A stretch of DNA of 49,624 nt from Verrucomicrobiota bacterium. GTDB taxonomy: Bacteria; Verrucomicrobiota; Verrucomicrobiia; Opitutales; Seribacteraceae. How positions within the stretch are numbered: position 1 is the first letter of the stretch; every line of letters begins with the position of its first letter. The stretch is from the NCBI GenBank assembly GCA_027622665.1, contig JAQBYT010000033.1:1-49624 (forward strand), read 5' to 3'. Made by a program: the position numbers and the translations under genes. The notes beneath the pieces are model-generated. The model searched no databases, was not told the DNA's origin, and saw only the letters and a program-made list of their open reading frames with translations. This document shows, piece by piece, positions 15,110 through 24,846 of the stretch.

Positions 15110-17758
15110 CTAGAAAGAATTTACCGCCGCTGCAGCTATGGCAAGCTGATAGACAATCTGGGTTCCGTTTACAATGTTCTCCATCAGTCGACTCTTCTCC
15201 ATATTTATGGGTACTACAATAACATCGCCAGGTGCCATGCCCTTCCCAGAACCACCACCTCCGAACCAACCCGTTCCTCCTTTGCTCATGACCGAACCAT
15301 TAGCACGGACAACAAAGACGCGATCCTTGTCAGCGTTGGCAGTAAAGCCACCACTTCTCTTGATAAAGTCATTCTGGCCCAAACTTTTCTCATACAAGTG
15401 AGAGGTTGGAAACTGAACTTCACCAACAACGCTCACCTCATATGGGATTCGAGGTATGAATAGACGATCCCCAGCACGAGCCTCAAGAAGTATTTTGCTT
15501 TGGGAATTAAGAATGGTTGAAAGATCGACGACCAGTCTCCCCTGCGACTTAGTGGACTTGAGCCGTGCCAAAAGGGAGGATGCAACAGCTTGGGATTGCT
15601 GTGCTTCAGCCTGAGATTCAGCACGAATGCTAAGATTGGCAACATCCGATTGCAGTTGGGAAATCAGGCGGTCTCGTTGCTCTTGTTCCTTGATTTTCAA
15701 ACTCTCTCTCGAAAATACTGCTCCTTCAGAAAATGCTTGCTCTGTAAGACCACCGGCACGCGAAACTACTTGGGATAGAGTTTCCCCGGGTTTTATGGGA
15801 TAAGAACCCGGGAACCGAACCTCCCCTAGGATCTCGACAACTTCACGTTCTCGCCAAGACGGGATAGGCTTTACGTTAAAGGAGTCGTAGGGTTGGAGGA
15901 GGAGATTGCTCGTGTCATTGGCATCCAGCGAAACAAGGGATCGCACAAGTATATGATCGATTTCCGCTCCCGTGGCTTCCTTCACTTTCATTCGGGTCAA
16001 TTCCGATGAAAGAGCATGGGCGGCATCAAGCATGCCACCTGCGGCATTCAGTAAATCCGTTAAACGCATGTCTTGGGAAAGAGGATAATCACCGGAAAAA
16101 TGAACCATACCGGAAACCGATACGACCGGGACGCCTTCTCCCGGAGAACTTTGCTTGCTCAATTCCTTCATCAAAGGAGACAGCAAGCGTTCTCTTTTTT
16201 CACGATTCGTAGAACTAAAAAAGTAAACCGTGTCACGCTCCTCCAATTCAATATTGAATGGTGAAGACGAGTCCCGAAAGATTTCGCTTGGCTGGAATTG
16301 CCTCACCGACAATGTCCCATCTGCATGTTCCCGCCGAATCAAGGCATAACTATAATCCGTCCCCGGGAGCAACGCATGCGCGTCGGGAATCAAATCGCCG
16401 ATTCTCAAACCTGACTTCCATTCGTAGTCTCCAGGACGCTCGACGTTTCCAGCAAGTGAAACGACATTCCGGACGCGAATAGAGGCGGATGGGACAGAAA
16501 TAAGATCCCCACCAAAGATAGGGAATTCGGAATCGCTTTCCAGTTCAAGATTGCGGACAAGAGGGCGCCTATCGGCACCCAGACGTTCAAGACGTATTCC
16601 TCGATCATCGCCACGGGAATCGACCCCTCCACCCAAAGCGATAATATCCGAAAGTTTTTCGCCTCCTAACAGTTCATATTGGGCAGGACGTAAAACCGCC
16701 CCACTGAGTGTTGCTCGAGGTCCGACCGTAGGAACAAAAATAACGTCACCCGGAAGAACCATCGCATCTGCCGAGGTATCTCCCTTGAGAAGAAGATCGT
16801 AAAGGTCCAAACGGGCGACAACCTCTCCTTTTCGCTTGAGCTCTATGTTGCGCAAGCTTCCGATCTCCTTTATGCCGCCGCTGACGAGCAAGGCATTGGT
16901 CATCGTTGAAAGGGAGCTCACCACATAGGCACCGGGCTTACGGACGTCTCCGAGCATGAAGATGCGGATGGAGCGCAAGGATCCCATGGAAATCGAACTT
17001 TGGACGCCATCTCCCAATTGATCATTTATCTTTTCCTTGATCAAATTCTTGAGACTAAGAAAATTAGTTCCCTTTTCAAAAACATTGATCGGCCCAATCC
17101 CGGGGAACTTGATCAATCCTTCACGAGAAATCATTAGCGAATACGAATTGTTCAGACGCCCGAACAGTTGAATTTCAAGACCGTCGCCGGGCCCGATTAC
17201 ATAATCCGGAGGGACGGGGACTTCGTTTCCCGGAGCAAAAGTGGAGGGGCTACCGGCAAACAGTTCGTACCCGAATGGCTTGATTGCTTCGAGATCGTCT
17301 TGAGAAAACTCCTCGGCTCTTTTTTCAATTTCCCTGTGCTGCAAAACTTTGATTTTGCGAAGAAGTGATCTTGTTTCTTCGAGAGCCTCAAGCAATTCCG
17401 GGTCCGGAGAATCCTTATTTCCACCAATCTCAGCTTCCAAACGAGATAAATCCCCGCGTATGGAAGCCTCCATACCCTGCAAACGGGAAAGAAAAGTTCC
17501 GCGTTCATTAAAGGAATCGGCCTTGGGCCCCTCTACCTGCAAAGCCCCAGTAGGAGCAATTGCAGTAGGTGCCTTGCGGGCAGGATTAGCCTGTCCGCCG
17601 GAACCGTGAGCCTTAACCAAGGCGGACTGCTCTGCAGGAGATAGCTGGGAAAACTTGGCCATCAATGCAGGATCCAACTGTTGAGCGAATAACTTTCCGC
17701 TCCCATGGGAAAGACCTAAGGAAAATAATAAAAGAGTAAGCGCAGGCAATCTATTCAT
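15110..17758 (-). CDS. SLBB-domain polysaccharide export protein (Wza/KpsD/OtnA-like)
   Basis: PFGYELF, DYVIGPGD, repeated G.V..PG.Y SLBB units, signal peptide from MNRLPALTLLL. Confidence 0.92.
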   Translation of the reverse strand: MNRLPALTLLLFSLGLSHGSGKLFAQQLDPALMAKFSQLSPAEQSALVKAHGSGGQANPARKAPTAIAPTGALQVEGPKADSFNERGTFLSRLQGMEASIRGDLSRLEAEIGGNKDSPDPELLEALEETRSLLRKIKVLQHREIEKRAEEFSQDDLEAIKPFGYELFAGSPSTFAPGNEVPVPPDYVIGPGDGLEIQLFGRLNNSYSLMISREGLIKFPGIGPINVFEKGTNFLSLKNLIKEKINDQLGDGVQSSISMGSLRSIRIFMLGDVRKPGAYVVSSLSTMTNALLVSGGIKEIGSLRNIELKRKGEVVARLDLYDLLLKGDTSADAMVLPGDVIFVPTVGPRATLSGAVLRPAQYELLGGEKLSDIIALGGGVDSRGDDRGIRLERLGADRRPLVRNLELESDSEFPIFGGDLISVPSASIRVRNVVSLAGNVERPGDYEWKSGLRIGDLIPDAHALLPGTDYSYALIRREHADGTLSVRQFQPSEIFRDSSSPFNIELEERDTVYFFSSTNREKRERLLSPLMKELSKQSSPGEGVPVVSVSGMVHFSGDYPLSQDMRLTDLLNAAGGMLDAAHALSSELTRMKVKEATGAEIDHILVRSLVSLDANDTSNLLLQPYDSFNVKPIPSWREREVVEILGEVRFPGSYPIKPGETLSQVVSRAGGLTEQAFSEGAVFSRESLKIKEQEQRDRLISQLQSDVANLSIRAESQAEAQQSQAVASSLLARLKSTKSQGRLVVDLSTILNSQSKILLEARAGDRLFIPRIPYEVSVVGEVQFPTSHLYEKSLGQNDFIKRSGGFTANADKDRVFVVRANGSVMSKGGTGWFGGGGSGKGMAPGDVIVVPINMEKSRLMENIVNGTQIVYQLAIAAAAVNSF

Positions 17759-17774
17759 ATTACAACAAAGCATG

Positions 17775-19289
17775 TCAGAAAACTCTCGCAATGGAAAGAA
17801 AACCCGTCGGGCCATTTTCAGGATTTTGCGTAGAGGCATTCTCAAGTTCCTCCCAACCTAGCCCGCAAGTCATTTGGGCATCCCACTTGGAAAAACTTCG
17901 TTTATGGAAAAACTGCACGGACTTAATGTCCGTAGCGACAGAATTAGACACTGCGCTTTGTCCGGCACCGTCTCGGTTGAGCTTTCCAACTCGAGCGGTT
18001 CCACCCCATCCGTTACCATCGAAATTAGCCAACAAGCCTCCGAGGGACACGATTTCGGAATCCGAATCAGCCCAGTGACCCACGCTTCGACCATGATGTC
18101 GGTATCCGTCGCCAAAGATATGATGATTATAACTTACATTTCGGAGATGAGTGTCATCCGTCCACCAGGTGGAGGCAGTGTCGACGTACTCAAGAAACAT
18201 TCGCCAAGTGGATGACTCCAATTTGCCCCAAGTTTCCACTCCGTATTGAAACATAAGCGCATTCGGCAAGAAGTGATCCTCATCTTCACCCACGACCTGT
18301 CCGTACAAGGCTAGAGGCAAGTCTCCCGGAAGACGCCAACGAAGATCGATTCCGGCTAACTGGTTGCCTGGCTCGGTCTCTGTTGCTAGACCCGTATTGG
18401 CTCCAGTATTGTCATGGCCAATGAACGCTTCCATGAATATGTCGAAGTGCCTGGGTCTCCCCTGCCCTCCTAATTGAATTGCCCGAGAAAGACCGATTTC
18501 CAATCCCGGCACGATAGTTGGAGCAAACTCGACCCGCATTCCCCATAGGTAGGGTTCAGGATAATCGTTAACAAGAGGCTTTTGATTTCCGCGGTCCTCC
18601 TCCATTTGCCCGAGGAACATGGTGGCGTTCCACGGTCCGATCCATGAGAGCCACTTCGTCTCGAAAGGTTCGGGAATGCGACGATCGATTGAAAATGCAG
18701 GAACCGGTCTGGCGTTAGTGGACAGAATCAAACTGCCATCCCACCCAGGTCCCCATGAACGTTCCATTTGCCCAAAACTTGCCGACCAGTTTCCTAAACG
18801 GGTGGCAAAATAGGATCCATCGAACTGAAAGTTATCGTCAATCCGACCTCGCCAGTCGGGTTCTACCCCCCGAACGTTGGTCAAACGAAGTTTTCCGGCA
18901 AAACGATCTCCCATCCACGCCCGTTCGACCCCACCGGAAAATCCCCCTCGTGGTTCAGCTTGGAAAGACCGGGCGACTCCCCGATCACCCCTGAAGCCAA
19001 TCCTGCCGATTGTTGGTCCCCAACCCGCCGTCCGTTCTTTATCAAGACGATCGCGAACACGGTCGAAAACCGGATCCTGATCATCCTCCTTGAGCCTTGC
19101 GTCAATCCCACCCCATGAGATCGGCCATGTATTCAGCGGAGCGTCAAGAAGGCGGTTGTCCCGCAACCAACGCAACTCATGTCGAAGAAAGGGGTCCTCG
19201 GGTGACAAAAAAGGACTAGCGAAGAAAGAAATCGGTAGCCAGAGACAAACCAAAAGCCAGAGGGAGATTCGATGGGATACACTAAACAT
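17775..19289 (-). CDS. wzi: Capsule assembly Wzi-family outer-membrane protein
   Basis: TWPISW, WGPGWDGSLILSTNARP, GNQLAG.D, YGQ..GEDE; C-terminal Phe. Confidence 0.9.
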   Translation of the reverse strand: MFSVSHRISLWLLVCLWLPISFFASPFLSPEDPFLRHELRWLRDNRLLDAPLNTWPISWGGIDARLKEDDQDPVFDRVRDRLDKERTAGWGPTIGRIGFRGDRGVARSFQAEPRGGFSGGVERAWMGDRFAGKLRLTNVRGVEPDWRGRIDDNFQFDGSYFATRLGNWSASFGQMERSWGPGWDGSLILSTNARPVPAFSIDRRIPEPFETKWLSWIGPWNATMFLGQMEEDRGNQKPLVNDYPEPYLWGMRVEFAPTIVPGLEIGLSRAIQLGGQGRPRHFDIFMEAFIGHDNTGANTGLATETEPGNQLAGIDLRWRLPGDLPLALYGQVVGEDEDHFLPNALMFQYGVETWGKLESSTWRMFLEYVDTASTWWTDDTHLRNVSYNHHIFGDGYRHHGRSVGHWADSDSEIVSLGGLLANFDGNGWGGTARVGKLNRDGAGQSAVSNSVATDIKSVQFFHKRSFSKWDAQMTCGLGWEELENASTQNPENGPTGFLSIARVF

Positions 19290-19402
19290 TTCAAAAAAAC
19301 TGACACTGATAGACAGGTGCGAAACTAGCAATCGCAAAGGCAATCCCTCTTTAGGCTCGCACTTAAAGTTTTGTAGGTTATGAGAATGACACCGACAACA
19401 AC

Positions 19403-22192
19403 GTGCAAGACGATCCTCTTTTTCGACGAATTCGGCAACATGCCGAAAAACGACTTCTCTTGTCTGAGACTCAATCGGACAAGGATCGTCTCGCTCACCT
19501 AAAGGAGTTTCTTCGATTGGAGCACGAGATGCTCCACAGGTATCACCAAAAGGGGGATTCCGGCATACGCGTTACCCGTGCGAGGTCCGTCCTGATAGAT
19601 GTCTTGATACAATCCCTTCATGCCCATGCCTTGGAAATAACGAGAGATTTCCTAAGTAAGAAAAAACCTGTAGCTTTGATCGCAACGGGGGGATATGGGC
19701 GGGGGGAACTTAGCCCGCACAGCGACATCGACTTGATGTTCCTGTACCCGAAGTCGGCCTCAAGTAAAGCTCTCGAAAGCCTTAACAAAACCATGACCCG
19801 TGAAATCCTTTATCCATTGTGGGACTTAGGCATGAAAGTGGGGCACGCCACACGGGCAGTTAAGGAAACTTTGGACGAATCCCGCCGCGACATTCGGACG
19901 AAAAATGCACTCCTAGACTCACGATATATTTGTGGAGATAAAAAAGTAGCGGACAACTTTTTAAGGAAATTCAAAGGGTTTTGCAGAAAGGATAACCCCG
20001 AAGGGTATCTCATGGAGATTCTGGACACACAACGGGCTCGCAGGGTCGAAAAGGGAGGAACGATTTGTTTGCAGGCGCCGGACGTAAAGAATGGAGCAGG
20101 AGGATTGCGCGACTATCAGGCTGTCCTCTGGATGGCCAAGGTGAAGTTTGAAAGCGAGAATCTCGACGACCTCGTAAGACGTGATTACCTTACGGGATCG
20201 GAGGCGAAATCATTCGGAGAAGCCTATTCTTTTTTATTGCGCGTAAGAAATGAACTACACTTTCGAAGCAAGCGTCCGACGGATATCCTGCACCTTGAAA
20301 AGCAATCCGACGTCGCGCTGGGGCTTGGTTATGAGCAGGAGGATCTTTTCGATCGGATCGAAACCTTCATGGGCGACTATTACTCCAGAGCCAGAACTAT
20401 TCGCAAAACCGCAGACATACTGGAAGACCGCTTGGCGCTTGGTAGCGGAAAAGGGTTAAGTCTCTCGTTCACCTCGGTTCTAAAGGCCTGTCGAGCAAAA
20501 CCTAAGAAAGAGGTGGACGGTTTTCAGCTTTGCGAAGGGCAGTTGGAGGCTACCGACCCCACCATTCTCGACCAAGACTCCGAAAGGATTCTACGCCTTT
20601 TTCGCCATGCCCAGCAATTGGATGCCGAACTTTCTCCCGGGCTGCGAGCATTGGTACGGAATCGACTCAAACTGATCGATGCCGCACTGATGGCCAATCC
20701 TGCAGCCAACGTCACCTTCCGTTCCATTCTTCAGCAAGTGGGCTCGGTGGGCCCTACCCTTGCCGAGATGCACGACCTCGGTCTTCTCGGAAGGTTTATT
20801 CCCGAGTTCGATCGGCTCACCTGCAAGGTGCAACATGAGTTGTATCACAGGTACACGGCAGACGTGCACGTGCTCCAATGCATAGCCCAACTCGACAAGG
20901 TTTTTCAAGGAAAGGACGAAACCTCTCGCCGCTACCGTGACGTGCTGGGAAAAACAGAAGTTCCGGCCTTGCTTTACTTGATGCTGTTTTTACATGACCT
21001 CGGGAAGGACGAGGGCCCCAAGGGTCATTGCGAACGTGGTATAGGCATCGCCACATCCCTAATGGAACGTTTGTCCATACCCGAGGAGATGAGAAACCGC
21101 GTTCTTTTTGTGATCGGAAATCACCTAGAAATGGTGCGCTATTTCTACAAGTACGACTTGGAAGACCCAAAAGTGATTGAGTCTTTCGCCGCATTCGTAG
21201 GAAGCGAGCAACGACTCCGCTACCTGTACGTTCACACTTATTGTGATGCCAACGGAACGGCTCCCGATCTCTGGAATCAGCACAAGGATGACCTCCACCA
21301 CCAACTTTTTTCGAACACTCTTCAAGTGCTGCGAGGAAAATCCGTTGAAAGAGACCCTGCCACCCTTCGCAAATCCTACGCGAATCTGGAGTTGGAAGAC
21401 CTCTCGCCCTCACAGATCGCGGAACAACTGGAGCAATTCCCCAACCGCTATTTCGCCCATGTCGGAGAAGAAGAAGTCGCCCTCCATGTTTCCATGGCGA
21501 GCCGTTTCTTAATCGAAGGAGAACAAGAAAGTAACGGAAGCGAACCCATGTCCGCAGTCGAGTGGCGGGACGACGTTCGCCGGTCTCTAACAATCGTCCA
21601 CATTGTCACTCGCGACCAAAAAGGGCTGTTCGAAAAACTCGCGGGATCCTTTGCCATCGCAGGACTGAATATACTGGGATCACGTGCATTCACGCGTTCC
21701 GACAACATTGCGATAGACGTCTTTTTCGTAGAGAAAGACAAAGGTGCGGCAAAGATGAAGGACGAATCCGTTCGCATCATCTTCGAAAACACGCTCAAGG
21801 AGGTACTCTCCGGCGAAATTTCAACTGAGGCTTTGATCCGTGAAAGAAGACGAAAACTTGAGACGAGAGCACCTTTCTCCCATCAAGACAGACTCGGAGC
21901 CAACATTGCCCCGAACGTCGATGTTTATCGCGACGCACTGGTCGATCGAACCATCGTAGAAGTTCGGGCTGCCGACCGACTCGGACTCCTACACCTCATC
22001 GCCAAGGCCATCGCCGACTGCGGTCTTAGTATCGCATTCGCTCGCATAGCGACCGAACACGGGGTGGCCAACGACGTATTTCACGTCGAAAGCGCAGACC
22101 CCGAAGAAACCTTTTCGCCCTCCCGATACCTCGAACTTCGCGAACGCCTAGGACAAGACCTTTCCGCAGGCAAGTATCACATGGAAGTTTAA
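19403..22192 (+). CDS. glnD: [Protein-PII] uridylyltransferase/uridylyl-removing enzyme
   Basis: ATGGYGRGELSPHSDIDL, GGLRD, HRYTADVH...LHDLGK (HD domain), two C-terminal ACT domains. Confidence 0.95.
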   Translation: MQDDPLFRRIRQHAEKRLLLSETQSDKDRLAHLKEFLRLEHEMLHRYHQKGDSGIRVTRARSVLIDVLIQSLHAHALEITRDFLSKKKPVALIATGGYGRGELSPHSDIDLMFLYPKSASSKALESLNKTMTREILYPLWDLGMKVGHATRAVKETLDESRRDIRTKNALLDSRYICGDKKVADNFLRKFKGFCRKDNPEGYLMEILDTQRARRVEKGGTICLQAPDVKNGAGGLRDYQAVLWMAKVKFESENLDDLVRRDYLTGSEAKSFGEAYSFLLRVRNELHFRSKRPTDILHLEKQSDVALGLGYEQEDLFDRIETFMGDYYSRARTIRKTADILEDRLALGSGKGLSLSFTSVLKACRAKPKKEVDGFQLCEGQLEATDPTILDQDSERILRLFRHAQQLDAELSPGLRALVRNRLKLIDAALMANPAANVTFRSILQQVGSVGPTLAEMHDLGLLGRFIPEFDRLTCKVQHELYHRYTADVHVLQCIAQLDKVFQGKDETSRRYRDVLGKTEVPALLYLMLFLHDLGKDEGPKGHCERGIGIATSLMERLSIPEEMRNRVLFVIGNHLEMVRYFYKYDLEDPKVIESFAAFVGSEQRLRYLYVHTYCDANGTAPDLWNQHKDDLHHQLFSNTLQVLRGKSVERDPATLRKSYANLELEDLSPSQIAEQLEQFPNRYFAHVGEEEVALHVSMASRFLIEGEQESNGSEPMSAVEWRDDVRRSLTIVHIVTRDQKGLFEKLAGSFAIAGLNILGSRAFTRSDNIAIDVFFVEKDKGAAKMKDESVRIIFENTLKEVLSGEISTEALIRERRRKLETRAPFSHQDRLGANIAPNVDVYRDALVDRTIVEVRAADRLGLLHLIAKAIADCGLSIAFARIATEHGVANDVFHVESADPEETFSPSRYLELRERLGQDLSAGKYHMEV

Positions 22193-22262
22193 CTCGACCA
22201 CCATCCCCAACGAACGAGCGATGGCGAGTACATTTCTCAAGCAATAACTTTTTGCCCGTCGC

Positions 22263-23975
22263 CTAATCTACCAGGGGCAAGATGAGACGAAAAGTAGTTC
22301 CTTGTTCGCTTGATTCCAAGAGTTCAAGATCGCCTTCATGGCTTTTTAGGATACGTTTGGAGATCGCCAAACCCAACCCCGTCCCCTCCTTGCGACCAGT
22401 CAAGAAGGATTCGAAAATGCGATCCCGCAACTCCTCGGGTATTCCGCTACCCGAATCCCGCACGCAAATGACAACCCGGCGTCCTTCTCCCTTCTCCACG
22501 GCGATGGAAAGCAAACCTCCGTCAGGCATTGCGGCCAAGGCATTCAGAATCAAGTTCAACAAAGCCTGTTGAAGTTGTCCCTTGTCGGCCATGACCACCA
22601 GATCCATCGGTGAATCCTCCAAACGCATCTCGACTTTAGCGCGGGCCAACTTCAGGCGGACCAAACGAAGAACGTCTTCCAACAATTCGCTAATCGACAA
22701 TTCGAGACGAATGGACTCTCGATCCTTGCCAAAGTCCAAGATTCTGCCTGCGATTTGCTCAAGATGATTAAGCTTATCGCGAATAACCTCCAGATCTTTC
22801 TCCGTCTCGTCCTCCGACATTGCGCCGGATTTGATCGAATCGAACAACAGCCGCAAAACCATTAGAGGATTACGGATTTCGTGAGCAATTTCCGCCGCAA
22901 GCATACCCAAAGTCGTCAAGCGCTCGCTCTTTCGCAAACTCTCCTCCGTATCGAATACACGCCCGTACAACCGAGCATTTTCGATGGCAATGGCTCCGAG
23001 GTCAGCTAATGCACGGGCCAGCAATCGTTCATCATCGTTGAATCGATAAGGTTTGTCCACATACAGAGACAACACGCCTATTGCCTCGTTTTCGTAAACC
23101 AATGGCGTAGCCAGCATCGAGTGCAATTTCTCCTCCCGAATCAAATGAATGAAGTGGTGTTCCTCTGTGCGAAGCAAGTCTCTGGTCTGAATCTGCCTTA
23201 AGCCACGCACGGCCGACCCCAAAGCACTCTCAGCGGGCCTCAAAGTCTCTTCGACATCAAGAACGCCATTCGGTCCACGCAAGGAATGCAGCCGTAACAA
23301 ATCCTCGTCCGCATGATAAAGAAACAAAGCGGAAAACCGGCACTCCATCAACTCTAGGGCTTCCCTCGTAATGGAACGCAACACCTCCTCCACTTCCCGC
23401 TTGTCCGCCATGGCCTGCCCAACACCCACTAAAGACTGCAACTGCCCCGCCTTATGTCGCAACTGCCTGATCAGCCACATATTTTGCAGGACTCGGCTCG
23501 CCTCATTGGCAATAAGGGTGAGAAGACGGAGATCATCTCCATCGAAATCATCCTTGCGAAATGAATCCACGTTCAACGCCCCGATCGTGCGCCCTCTCTC
23601 TCGGATAGGCGCCGCCATTTCAGACTTCACTCGAGAATCCAGAGAAAAATAACGGGGCTCTTCGTCAACGTTCGGGACAAGCAGGGGCTCGCCATGCAAA
23701 GCCACCCACCCCGTAATACCGTGCCCCAAAGGCAATTCGAAACCACGGGCATCTTCCGACAAACCTCGGGCGACCTCGATCAGAAGTTGGTCGGAATCAC
23801 CATTAATTAATGCAATCGATGCAGACCCCGCGTTGAATGTTCGCACCACCTCATCAATGATTCCTTCCAGCGCAATCTCTGGGTCCTCGGAATTCCCCGC
23901 AAGCGAACTGACCCGGTAAAGGGCATCCAACGCCCTTCGGTCCTTTGCTACTGCATTTCCTTCCTCCGAACTCAT
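22263..23975 (-). CDS. Cytoplasmic sensor histidine kinase with two GAF domains
   Basis: G.GITGWVA..GEP and F..DD..LL GAF motifs; AHEIRNPL H-box; N box, DSGSGI, GTGLGL. Confidence 0.93.
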   Translation of the reverse strand: MSSEEGNAVAKDRRALDALYRVSSLAGNSEDPEIALEGIIDEVVRTFNAGSASIALINGDSDQLLIEVARGLSEDARGFELPLGHGITGWVALHGEPLLVPNVDEEPRYFSLDSRVKSEMAAPIRERGRTIGALNVDSFRKDDFDGDDLRLLTLIANEASRVLQNMWLIRQLRHKAGQLQSLVGVGQAMADKREVEEVLRSITREALELMECRFSALFLYHADEDLLRLHSLRGPNGVLDVEETLRPAESALGSAVRGLRQIQTRDLLRTEEHHFIHLIREEKLHSMLATPLVYENEAIGVLSLYVDKPYRFNDDERLLARALADLGAIAIENARLYGRVFDTEESLRKSERLTTLGMLAAEIAHEIRNPLMVLRLLFDSIKSGAMSEDETEKDLEVIRDKLNHLEQIAGRILDFGKDRESIRLELSISELLEDVLRLVRLKLARAKVEMRLEDSPMDLVVMADKGQLQQALLNLILNALAAMPDGGLLSIAVEKGEGRRVVICVRDSGSGIPEELRDRIFESFLTGRKEGTGLGLAISKRILKSHEGDLELLESSEQGTTFRLILPLVD

Positions 23976-23989
23976 TTAAAGAGCAACTA

Positions 23990-24172
23990 CACCATACCCC
24001 AACGAAGTCACAACCACCAAAACTGACTCTCAAAAGCCAATAGGACAGTCCAATCACCTCTTTAAGAACAGGCTACCCGAAGTAGATCACAAGAGAAAAC
24101 CGCCTCTCCGGATTGACCCTGTTCAGGCTCAATAAAAACCGCTGCTACTTACTTCGCTTGGATAAAATGGCG
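23990..24172 (-). ncRNA. Predicted 183-nt long-hairpin RNA, 6S RNA-like
   Basis: Manual fold: CGCCAU..UCCAAGCGAAGU pairs with ACUUCGUUGGGG.AUGGUG; nested stems GAGCC/GGCUU, GGCGGUU/GACUGUC, CUCUU/AAGAG, CUAC/GUAG. G-U pairs favour the minus strand. Confidence 0.45.
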
Positions 24173-24736
24173 CCATGAATCCTCGATCGGACGACCATAC
24201 AAAATACTCACAAAGGGACGCTGTCTTGGCCGAACGGGTTCACGAAGCAAGTACATGCCGGCCTCCTTTGGATCGCGATTCCCCTTTCGGCTATTGCAAC
24301 GGATGCAGGAAGTCACGACATTTTCCCAAGACATTTTTCCACCGCGATCTCGGGGCACCACGTGATCCATGTTCAATTCCTTTGCGACAAAAGAATTGCC
24401 GCAGTATTGGCAACGATGCCCGTCGCGTTCGAACAGATTCTGACGATTGAACTTCATTTCCCTCAGCAACATCCGATCGTAGTTCCTAAGAAGAATCACG
24501 CCAGGCACTCTCACCGCCTGACTCACAGTATGTATCCAGCGGTTACCCTCAGAAGCTGGCGCTTCTTTGGAAAAAGCAAACCACGCGTCGGCATCAAACA
24601 GCCGAAAGCTTCCGTCCTCGGCATAGATGACTTGGGCATGCTCAAGCGCAAGTAAACTGAAAGCTCTCTCCACACCGACCACATTAACAGCTTGCCACAA
24701 TCGATTCAAAACAAGCGTCTGGTAAGCGGTATCCAT
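24149..24736 (-). CDS. HNH endonuclease (McrA-like)
   Basis: TLVLN at N-terminus; R.NLFERD.HRCQYCG, DHVVPR.RGG..SWENVVTSCIRCNSRKG. Confidence 0.93.
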   Translation of the reverse strand: MDTAYQTLVLNRLWQAVNVVGVERAFSLLALEHAQVIYAEDGSFRLFDADAWFAFSKEAPASEGNRWIHTVSQAVRVPGVILLRNYDRMLLREMKFNRQNLFERDGHRCQYCGNSFVAKELNMDHVVPRDRGGKMSWENVVTSCIRCNSRKGNRDPKEAGMYLLREPVRPRQRPFVSILYGRPIEDSWRHFIQAK

Positions 24737-24741
24737 TAAGG

Positions 24742-24777
24742 ACTTAACAGTAACTTAACAAACCTTAGCCATGTCAA
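24742..24777 (-). promoter_or_regulatory. Promoter region with TTGACA and an 11-bp-period direct repeat
   Basis: Minus-strand TTGACA at 24777-24772; ACTTAACA at 24742-24749 and 24753-24760. Confidence 0.35.
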
Positions 24778-24846
24778 AGGATTTTTCTTCGCTACCACTC
24801 AACGCAAAGAGAACAATTGAGTATGCTAAAAATGCTACCACAAGAA

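Noticed and set aside
24149..24736. HNH protein as IscB/Cas9-like nuclease
   Set aside because: Only 195 aa, no RuvC or PLMP motifs, no CRISPR array; fits the common stand-alone HNH family.
24791..24841. Two minus-strand GTGGTAGC motifs as a second JUMPstart
   Set aside because: Spacing of 43 nt is wrong, there is no GGCGGTAG, and it is not upstream of polysaccharide genes.
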